Shown piece by piece: positions 30,695-40,369 of a stretch of DNA of 64,000 nt. The position numbers and the translations under genes are program-made. Origin of the DNA: Obrimoposthia wandeli. Lineage: Eukaryota. Position 1 is the stretch's first letter; each line of letters starts with the position of its first letter. Below the pieces are notes generated by a model. The model was not told the origin of the DNA, ran no database searches, and saw nothing but the letters and a program-made list of their open reading frames with translations. Where the stretch lies: positions 186,001-250,000 of the forward strand of contig CDROCS010001609.1 of assembly GCA_977020255.1 (NCBI GenBank), in the 5' to 3' direction.

Positions 30695-31279
30695 TTAAAG
30701 TTTAGGATGAAGGAGAAGAAGAAGGAGAAGGAAAGGGGAAGGTGTCAATTTCGTTAAGTCTATTGTTAGTGTCCGGTTGTTCTGTTCTTCCAGGAACAGA
30801 ATTACTCGCTCCAGAAGCAATTCCGAGAAAGTTGGAGTGTCGCCGAAGTAGAGCCCCAGTAGTTGAATGACGTTAAGGTGAGGGCTTTGGTGGAACGTTG
30901 GGATGCCCTGGACGTTTGGAACGTGCCGCTCTCGAGTACTGAGCCACACATTCCGCGCGTATTGCCAGGAGTGCCGGTCCCGACTAGACCGCCATACTTC
31001 CATGACTCGTTGCTGCGTATCGCGACGGCATATTGGGCACGTGGAGCATTGGCATCACTCGCCACCGATACAACTGGTAGCCGAGTGTCTGCCCACGAGA
31101 CGGCCACAACATTGGACCGTCCAGTGTTCGAAAGGAGCTCGACACATAGGGCAGGTGGGGGTGCCGACTAACCGGGATTTGGCCCAGGTGTACAGGCACC
31201 CTTCATGGAACCGGTGGCCGCACCCTTAGGGAATCGCTGATAGGCCTCGGAGCTTATTGAGGCAAACTGAACACAGCAT
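30695..31279 (-). pseudogene. RING-H2 E3-ligase-like gene with a second Cys/His cluster; two in-frame stops
   Basis: One frame from ATG 31279 reads MLCSVCLNKLRGLSAIP*GCGHRFHEGCLYTWAKSRLVGTPTCPMCRAPF (canonical C3H2C3), then GRHSATSCIGGE*CQCSTCPICR. GC-rich relative to flanks. Confidence 0.85.
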
Positions 31280-31924
31280 TCTACATGAGTGGTGTGTTGG
31301 TTAAAATACGTTTCTTTCCTTAGTCTTATATGATTTTATTCCTAATGTTCAATTTATCCTAATGTTCAATTTATCGAATTTTGCCTTATTAATTGGACAC
31401 TTTTCTCACATTCTTAGTATATAATAAAATATCTTTTTAGGTTTTTTATCAATATAATAATGACAATTTCAGATATACATCATACATAAAAATGGTGAAG
31501 GTCATTTACAGTTTTACAAGATTATTCAATAATAATATACAATTTTATGATAGATATTTTATCGCGGTATGCGAAACACGGGTTTAGTTCATGATGTCAC
31601 GTTTTTGTCAAAAAGTTACCTTCGGTTATTGTTGCCTTCTGGGCTGATTTGTCCGTTACTCCTCCACACAAAAATACAACAGCAGTTGCAGATGTCTTTC
31701 CAGCAGTGTACGATGGGTACTACTATCTGGAGGTAATCTCGGTTGTAAATGCGATATACCGAGAAGGATGAGTAGTCGATGGGAGTGTTGCTGTTGACAA
31801 TGAGGATCCAGGTCTCGGGGTATTGAATATGAAATTCGTGTCTGCAGTTGTTGGGTTTGATGTAACAGTCCTGGAATTCCTCGTAGGTGGTGTTGAATTT
31901 GGACTCGATCGAGGGTTGATTGTT

Positions 31925-33810
31925 ACGGGGCGATACTTGGGAGCGGCGTGCAACCTTTGTAACCTTGGCCGTGGACTCCCTAAAAAACCACGCATTCCCA
32001 TCGTGTTTCATAACCTCAAAGGATATGATTTGCATCATATACTTAAATACGCGTTGGGTACATTAAGCTCTTGGGAAATTTCATGTATACCTCAAACTTC
32101 AGAGAAATATTTATCTTTAACTGCATATACTGAATTCTGCAGTTTAAGATTCATAGATTTTCTGCAGTTTTTGAGCGGGTCTTTAAAAAATTTAACGGCA
32201 TCTTTAAATGCATGGCCAATTACACAGTCAGTGTTCCAAGCTTCGGTTAACGATAAGAGGATTTTTCCGCATAAATTTGCGAAAACTTTCGCAGATTTAG
32301 AAAATACAACTGAAATCCCACCCATAACTGAATTTGAGGGTGTAAGTCTTCAAGACTATAATGAGGCCCGTACATTTTGGGTGAATAATTGTCGAAATCT
32401 TTTAGAATATATGCTTTATTATATGAAGTTAGACATTTATCTTTTAGCTGATGTTTTTGAGTCCTTTCGTGTAAAGTCTTTAGCAGAAGATGGGCTAGAT
32501 CCATTGCATTTCTTTAGTTTACCTGGTCATTCATGGGCAACAGCAATAAAAACTCTTAAAATTAATATCGAGTTACTGCAAGATCCCGCGATGTATCAAA
32601 TGTATGATTATGGTATACGCGGTGGAATGAATTTTGTCAACAAACATCATGTTGTCAAAAATCAATCCACGGAGATTCTGTACATCGACATTAATAATTT
32701 GTATGGGTGGGCGCTTACTCAAACTCTACTTCATGCCTACTTTAAGGGTTTATGATGAGGAAGAGTTGAATAAGTTGATGTCAGATTTGGCTACTGTTGA
32801 TACAGTTTCATCAGATATTAGCTATTTGGTTGAGGTTGACTTAACAATCCCTCCAAATGTGCATGATAAATTAGATGATCTTCCAGTAGCGCCTGTTCAT
32901 CAATTCTCACCTAATTCAAAGGTTAAGAAATTATTGTTAACACATGAAGACAAGTTGAATTATGTGGTGCATTGGCGGCTTCTTCAATTCTACTTAAAGT
33001 TGGGAGCGAAAGTTACTCGAATTCATCGTGCTATAAGCTTCAGTCAAAACTTTGTGTTTATGACTATATTGAGAAGAATTCAAGAAAACGTAATTTGGCC
33101 ACTAGCAAATTCGATCGAGATTTTTACAAGTTAAAAAGTAATAGTCTCTTTGGAAAAACTGTGGAGGACTTGCGGAAACGTATTTGTCTACGGTTTTGCA
33201 ATGATGAGCGTAAACTAATAACATATACTAGCAAGTACAAATTCAAGCGTAGTTTTACAATTGCAGATAACTTGGTAGCAGTGTTATTAGGAAAACAGAG
33301 TATTTGTCTCGATCGACCGAGTTATATAGGTCAAACAGTTTTAGACATTTTTCATCTCAGAATGTACGAGCTCCAATATATAGAATTAGAGAAATATCGC
33401 ATGAATTCAATTGTGAGATCAAAATCGCAGCTGGGGACACTGACTCTTTCTTTTTAGAATGTAAAAATGTTAGTTTAGATAATCAATTATTACCGGCAAT
33501 GTTTAGGGACAACTTACTAGATACCCATAAATATCCCGCTAACCATCCTCTACACTCTATGAGTTTAAAGGATATTATCGGGAAATTTAAGGATGAAAGC
33601 GAGGGACAGGTTTCGTATGATGATTGTATTTTCCTACGCCCTAAATGCTACAGTTTACATGCATCTAATAATACATGTTCAATGAGAGCAAAGGGTGTGG
33701 GAAGAAACAATCTTACACATGAGGCCTACCAGGAAGTTTATGATACTGTGTATATTGAAAGCGTTGAGCAAACTAAATTTATTTCAAGAACCCATCAATA
33801 TTTACATTCA
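31925..33810 (+). pseudogene. Protein-primed family B DNA polymerase of Polinton/Maverick type; frameshifted, 5'-truncated
   Basis: HNLKGYD, FIDFLQFL, DIYLLADVFESFR, GIRGG, YIDINNLY, KLKSNSLFGK, GDTDS, GKFKDE, RPKCYS and AKGV spread across four overlapping ORFs. Confidence 0.93.
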
Positions 33811-34480
33811 TTTACATTCAATCTAACTGTAATTTATTCAACGAAAACTCTATTTTAATTTACTTATAGTCTAAATTACACTTGCATTCAATCAAACTAT
33901 CGACACTCTTATTTTTAAATTACATTCACTTGCTAAGACACATACTTGTATTGAAATTCATACTATCAATCACTTGCATTCATACTCGCATTCAATCTAA
34001 CTATAATTTATTCAACGAAAACTCTATTTTAATTTACTTATAGTCTAAATTACACTTGCATTCAATCAAACTATCGACACTCTTATTTTAAAATTACATT
34101 CACTTGCTAAGACACTTACTTGTATTGAAATTCATACTATCAATCACTTGCATTCATACTTGCATTCAATCTAACTATAATTTATTCAACAAAAACTCTA
34201 TTTTAATTTACTTATAGTCTAAATTACACTTGCATTCAATCAAACTATCGACACTCTTATTTTTAAATTACATTCACTTGCTAAGACACATACTTGTATT
34301 GAAATTCATACTATCAATCACTTGCATTCATACTTGCATTCAATCTAACTATAATTTATTCAACAAAAACTCTATTTTAATTTACTTATAGTCTAAATTA
34401 CACTTGCATTCAATCAAACTATCGACACTCTTATTTTAAAATTACATTCACTTGCTAAGACTCTTACTTGTAAATGACAT
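33810..34480. repeat. 174-bp tandem repeat, about 4 copies
   Basis: atctaact recurs at 33821, 33995, 34169 and 34343. Confidence 0.92.
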
Positions 34481-34980
34481 TCATACTTGCATGCATAATT
34501 TTATTCATTTACATTCATTCTACCTCTCATTTATTCAAACTCTCATTCAAATATTCAAATAAATTAATATTTTTACTAATTTTCTATTAATTCCGTTGTA
34601 ACTTAGTCGTTGAAACGAAAAGAATGTATAAAGAATGGACTTTCTTACTTTGTAAATGTTATTCACTTAAGTTTGAAGATGATATTATGAAATTACATAA
34701 TAAATGTGTTTAATTTTGTATTATTCTCTGACTTCTTTCTTATTATTTTTTTTTTTTTGATTTAATACAAATTTTAACATAATTCTTTAGATGTGTAAGC
34801 CTAGGAAAAACTTTAGTCTAAATTTTCGCATAGAATAGTATGTGTGTGATTACGTAATACATTCTTAACTAATAAGAGTGAACTTAGTATAAATTTCACA
34901 TAAAATAGTGTGTGTATGATTACGTCATACATTCTTAATTGATAAGAGTGAACTTTATCCTAAATTTTCATTATAGACTA

Positions 34981-35535
34981 GATCACAAAAAAGAAGGGTG
35001 GAGACTAAGCCACTTGATCCTTTGAATTAGTAGTTAGCCAAAAAGAAGGGTGGAGACTAGACCACAAAAAGAAGGGTGGAGACTAAGCCACTTGACTCTT
35101 TGAATTAGCAGTTAACCAAAAAGAAGGGTGGAGACTAGACCACAAAAAGAAGGGTGGAGACTAAGCCACTTGACCCTTTCATAGTGGTATATCACAAAAA
35201 AGAAGGGTGGAGACTAAGCCAGCCACTTGACCCTTTCATAGTGGTATATCTCAAAAAGAAGGGTGGAGACTAAGCCACTTGACCCTTTAAACTATGGACG
35301 ACCATAGTGGTATATCAAAGAAGGATGGAGTCTAAGCCACTTGACCCCCCTATCCTTCCCCTCCCCTCCCCTCTCGCCTCCCCCTAAAGGGTGTCATACC
35401 ATAAGGGTATATGTTGCCTCACCAGAGGTGAGGCAACATATACCCTTATGGTGTGGCAAGACACCTTTATGGTGTGACATCCTTATGGTGTGACACCCTT
35501 TAGGGGGGGGTCAAGTGGCTTAGACTCCATCCTTC
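34981..35535. repeat. Iteron-like direct repeats plus nested palindrome
   Basis: Eight aagaagggtggagacta(agccacttga) copies; 31-bp perfect IR at 35320-35350 / 35505-35535; 25-bp perfect stem at 35398-35422 / 35428-35452. Confidence 0.9.
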
Positions 35536-35538
35536 TAC

Positions 35539-36125
35539 CTACTTATATGCATGTATTATTTTAGGTAAAACTTGGACCCATTTTTTATTTCCTTCTTTTG
35601 TGAAATACCTTTTTATTCGATCTCTTAAAGTACGATTAAATCTTTCTACTACTGCTGCTTTGTATTGTGAAAACACAGAGTAGTGATTTATATTATTTTG
35701 TTTAAATAATGATTGAACTTGCTTATTATAAAATTCTTTTCCTAAATCAGTTTTCACATTTTGTGGAATGTCCTCTTTTAATATTTCTTTAATGGCTTCA
35801 AGCATATTGAAGACTTTGCATTAACTGGAATTGCACGAGCAAACCTGCTAAATACATCAATACACGTTAAAATATATCGATATCCCTTATTAATGGAAGA
35901 ATATGTGATCATCTCCATCAAATCCATTTGCCATAAATTATTAGGACCGCTGGTTTTGTAAACTCTAGTTGGAAACCTTCTTCTCATCGGTTTGTTCAGA
36001 CTGCAAGCTAACTGGTCGCTCAGCCATTTCTGCGTTTTCTTGTAATTGTGTTTTGTTCTTTTTGCTTATTTTAAAACTCCGGTGTAGCCAATTGGATCTT
36101 TTGGATTGAACCATATCTTCTTCAT
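35539..36125 (-). pseudogene. Polinton-type retroviral-like (rve) integrase, C-terminally truncated
   Basis: MKKIWFNPKDPIGYTGV..KWLSDQLACSLNKPMRRRFPTR, LWQMDL, YILTCIDVFSRFA, KTDLGKEFYN, KAAVVERFNRTL; one stop and one frameshift. Confidence 0.92.
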
Positions 36126-36211
36126 TACAACAATTTGAATAGAAAGAAAATTTAAATTTAGGTAAAGAAGGGTTAGCCCCCATATCTTTAGCTGATTTTA
36201 TAAATAATTGC

Positions 36212-36541
36212 TTATGAACGTGTCACAGCTATAATACTACTGATAATTGAAGCAACAACTGGAATAACAGCCCCTATGAAACTACCATTCTGTTTAAGAA
36301 TAATATTTCGTTTCCTTTTTTTACTTTTTACATTAGGAATATCTAGAAGAGTTTTTCTATATTTCTTTAATATATTTTTCCGTTTTCCAACTTTTACTCG
36401 ACCCAAAACAATATTATACAAAACTTCCAATAAATCATCTACAACAAAAGATGGAAATGCTTTAAGAATAATCATTCTCTTATGAGAAGAGGCTTTGACT
36501 AAAGCTTTAAAATAGGGTATGCTTCTTTGTATTTTCTTCAT
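36212..36541 (-). CDS. Small basic Polinton protein with KQNGSF plus hydrophobic tail (core/pX-like)
   Basis: 109-aa intact Lys-rich ORF ending KQNGSFIGAVIPVVASII; lies between integrase and ATPase. Confidence 0.6.
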   Translation of the reverse strand: MKKIQRSIPYFKALVKASSHKRMIILKAFPSFVVDDLLEVLYNIVLGRVKVGKRKNILKKYRKTLLDIPNVKSKKRKRNIILKQNGSFIGAVIPVVASIISSIIAVTRS

Positions 36542-36556
36542 TTTAATAAAAAAGGT

Positions 36557-37390
36557 TCAATTTAAATATTGTTTATATTCGAAGCCATTAAAGTTTTTTT
36601 TATTTCTCACTACAGATTTAATTAATTTATTCACTTCTTTTTTCTTAATGATTCTTTTTATTGATTTCTTAGATTTTACTTTACGTTTTCGTTTCACTAT
36701 CAACTTCTTAAAAAGCTAAAAAATTTATCTTTTATAATTGTTCTCTATTTGTTTATAAACAGTTACTCCCTTAGAATTAAATATGTCTGTTAAAACACGT
36801 AAATCATCTGGGCAAGCTTGTGTAAAGTCAATAAATATATACCCATGTGCTTGTTTAGCGGCATCATGGAATGAATCAACTAGAAAGTGCTTATTTTGAG
36901 GAAACGCCTTCTGGCCACGAAATCTACAACTGTTTGATCTCTAGGATTTTTAAATAAAACTAAGTAATGTACATTAAGATTTCTTGTTCTATGGTGACCT
37001 CCTTGGTGAAAAAGATTTTGAGTGATAAATATAACTGTTACTTCACAATGTCTTGCAATCTTTGTAAATAAATTATTAAAGTCCGATTCCTTGTTAGCTT
37101 CCTGATACAAATCATCAATTATTATTACATCTTCTTTTTTCAATCTTTCACACCAATTTGCATCAAATCCTTTAATAAATTTTATTACCTTCAACTTGCA
37201 AACTTCTGTTTGGGTTAATCCACTTTCCTCTCCTCCACCATGATGCCAATAAATATTTTTGAAACTAGAATTGAAAAGAGATTCATTTTGCAACAATTTA
37301 CATTCGAAATGTGTCTTTCCACTTCCACTGGGACCAACTATTTGAAATACAGCATTATTATTTAGCTCCCTTGCATATACTCTTTCATTT
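36557..37390 (-). pseudogene. A32/FtsK-like DNA packaging ATPase of Polinton
   Basis: Walker A GPSGSGKT, Walker B IIIDD, ITQNLF, LNVHYLVLFKNPRD, HGYIFIDF; frameshift near 36900 and no in-frame start. Confidence 0.9.
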
Positions 37391-37408
37391 TTAATATTGT
37401 TTATATTA

Positions 37409-37690
37409 TTATAGAAGTTTCCTTATTGAAATGTACAATGTTAGAGCTATTGTAGATGAAATACAAAAATTAATTAATGAATAATTGGCTATAATTTTAT
37501 TTATTTGTGTACGATTTCTAAATTCTCGAATAACGTGTGATCTAACCAATATTTCAATGTTATCTCTTGTTATATCATTATTTTTTAACTCTGATAAAAT
37601 TTCTTTACCCCTAATTTTTCCAGAAAATATTTCGTCGGCAAGACGATCCACTTCATTGTCTGTATTTATAGTATTATTCATTTGAAACAA
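37409..37690 (-). CDS. Hypothetical 93-aa protein with hydrophobic C-terminus
   Basis: Intact ORF tightly packed and co-oriented between the ATPase and TBP-like genes. Confidence 0.45.
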   Translation of the reverse strand: MFQMNNTINTDNEVDRLADEIFSGKIRGKEILSELKNNDITRDNIEILVRSHVIREFRNRTQINKIIANYSLINFCISSTIALTLYISIRKLL

Positions 37691-37708
37691 TAAGTTTAAA
37701 CAGTTTGT

Positions 37709-38209
37709 TTATAGAAAAGATAACAAGATGTAATAAGATATATTTTCTAAAATCAAATCAACAATGTCTGGATAATCAAAATTTTTCAATCCCAATATCA
37801 TAACTTTACCACTGGAAAATATATTTACACATAGCGGTTTAAACTTCAAAAAACTGAGAGCAGGAAAAATTTATGGTTCAAACATGCATTCTTCTTTCAT
37901 TTTCTCTGCAGTTTTAAAAAGATTTATCAGTTTCCCAAAATTAGCCGAAATCGTGATTGATTGTATTGCAGTGATTTGAATTCCAAATCGTAAATTGAAC
38001 CCAAGCATTGGTATTTTGCATCCCATAACACGACAATTTCCTAAAGGAATTCAATATGAAAATAAAATAAAAAACTAACCTGTAGGAAAAATAACAACGG
38101 TGAAATTGTCAAACTTTTTCACATATTGTCTCGGCTTCCATTCATTGAATGGTAAGTACGAAACATCATCTTCTATTCTACCTTTATAATTTATATTTAC
38201 GAATTTCAT
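37709..38209 (-). pseudogene. TATA-binding-protein-like gene, two exons, one premature stop
   Basis: Exons 38209-38080 and 38040-37709 with a 39-nt GT-AG intron give 153 codons: TVVIFPTGNCRVMGCK ... IQSITISANFGKLINL ... FEP*IFPAL ... VNIFSSGKVMILGLK, aligning to both TBP repeats. Confidence 0.8.
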
Positions 38210-38789
38210 TAGACTAAAATTGTATTCTGTAAAATCTTCTTTATATATGTCTGAACCTGCTTTTTTATTGCATGTTTCTTGTAATTATCTTCCAAACCCA
38301 TTATAATTTGGATGATATATTTCTTCCAATCAAATTTGATTTTTAATATGGATTTAGTCCAATCAAATTCGATGCTTTAGTTATATTAACCAATGAGATT
38401 CATGTCTTTGTTAGAAATTAGTATAAAAGAATGCGCCATTGAAGGACAAATCACAGTAAATGCATTCATATCAAAGACAATTATCAACGATGTACGATAG
38501 TCAACGGATATTAAGCGGTGACGAAGAATTAGAAATGTAATCCGTTTTATATGCACTGGTGGAGAGACTACATGCTCATCAAGATCATGTCTGCAGATGT
38601 CTTTAACCAACGTCCTCTACAAGGGCTCACAAGCCAAACAATTGAAGGATACTTCGCATCCACAGCCAACGCGCTACCGCAAGCCGGGAAAAACCAGATA
38701 CTCGCCATTACAGAAACTGCCATCATCCAACTGAAGAAGACGATGCAGCCATTTTTTACAATGACTCCAGTGGATGGTAAGAAATAAGA

Positions 38790-40209
38790 AGACAGAAACA
38801 ACAATTGATGCAGAAGAATCAGCCAAGCCTTATTGATGCCTATCAAAAGAATATGCCAACCTCAACTTTTCAGATGCCGCAAGATTTCTCAGATGTAGAT
38901 TTAGACGGAAGAATGGCTATTATGGCAAAAAAGGATATGCCCCCTTTGCCGCTGTTAAAGCTTCAAGACAGAGGAAACGTAAAGTTATAAATCCTCAAGA
39001 GAGTGTTCCTATTGACGCCTGTATACAAGCTCTCACCAAAACTGGCATTGTAGAAAAATCCACGAAAGGCCCGTTCTGGTCACAAGTGAGGATGGTACCG
39101 AAGACTAACTCACAACTGCGGAGGCTAATGGTGGACTTCAAACATCTGACACCACACTTGCCGAAGCTCTACATGAAAATCCCAAATATTTTCCATAAAC
39201 TCGAGAAGATACTAGAAGACAGAAGAGCTATTTGGATAGATTTACGTGGAGCTTTTTTCTAAGTAAAAATTAGACAGGCGTCAAGACATCTCACAAACAT
39301 TTGGCATAAAGATAGCTTTTATAGATTCACAAGACTTCCAATGGGCTTGAGGCAAAGTCCTGTCATATTGCAGTGGATCATCACCAGAATACTGAGACAA
39401 CTGGTGACGAAATGGACGGTGGATGTGGCCCACGTTCATATTGACGACATCCTAATAATCGCTAAAAAGAAAGCCAAAGTTTGGAATCAAATCGAAGATT
39501 TCTTCAAAGGTTGGGGCCTTCAAATCAACTATGAAAAATCACAATTGCAGCCAACAAACAAGTTGGAATATTGCGGAATGTTAATCGACATCAAGGCCCA
39601 GTAGATCAGATTACCTAATGACAAATGGAGGTCAACAGATGACATCAAAGAAAAAGAGCAGTTCACAGATGATGCAATCGATTTTCTCAACTACGTAAGT
39701 TGTGTGCTACACTGGCCCTATGTGACAAATTATGTACACACGACATTGAGAAAAAGATGCTACCAATTATTGAAGATCTATGCATCATTATGGAGTTGGA
39801 GGAAGGAGAAGCATCAACTTTGGGCCTCAGACGCCACAAATAACACAATTGCAGTCACGCAAATCAGGCCAAAGATCAAGACACATATGACAGCAAAAAT
39901 CGAATACCAGAATATATACCTACAAGAGGCTACGGCCTCATGACCATGTGGAAGGCAAAAAGACACGACATGATCTTATGCGACAATATGGCCCTGATAT
40001 GGTGTATCAGAAATAGAAGGATCCCCAAACAAATCAAACATTGGCGGATATTGATAGCGATACAAATGATGGCCTCCATCAAACGCCTACAAGTGCAGTT
40101 CATCCGGACGGAAGACAATCTAGCGGACGCACCCACAAGAGCACAAGAGATACCACAAGAAGACAGGGGAATCCTGCTGTCATACGAGATGCACCAGCCC
40201 ATCTCATAA
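38790..40209 (+). pseudogene. RT-RNase H pseudogene with hepadnavirus/nackednavirus-like (or DIRS-related) motifs
   Basis: One frame: RLMVDFK, WIDLRGAFF*, RLPMGLRQSP, HIDD, GLQINYEKSQLQP, SDAT; after a frameshift near 39930, CDNMAL and NLADAPTR. Confidence 0.85.
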
Positions 40210-40369
40210 CTAATGACAAAGGTGACATGTTATTTTATTTGTGTTCTCGCATTCGACTTCTACGTCGTACTTTTTATGTCTCACCCACTTGGGTAAAAGT
40301 TTTATCACTGTTAGGTGTTCTTTGCAGATCAGTCACATCTCTCTCTTAGCCAATCATCTACGGATTCCA

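Noticed and set aside
30802-31107. TRGMCGSVL resembling a 3C-protease GxCG motif
   Set aside because: It is an off-frame reading of the RING gene, whose frame has a full canonical motif.
35965-36183. ORF MGANPS... with an apparent myristoylation motif
   Set aside because: It is an alternative frame of the integrase N-terminus (MKKIWFNPKDPIGY...WLSDQ...LNKPMRRRF).
38386-40202. Minus-strand ORFs over the RT region, and similar antisense ORFs over MDH1, KIF15 and the transposase
   Set aside because: Shadows of motif-bearing genes on the opposite strand.
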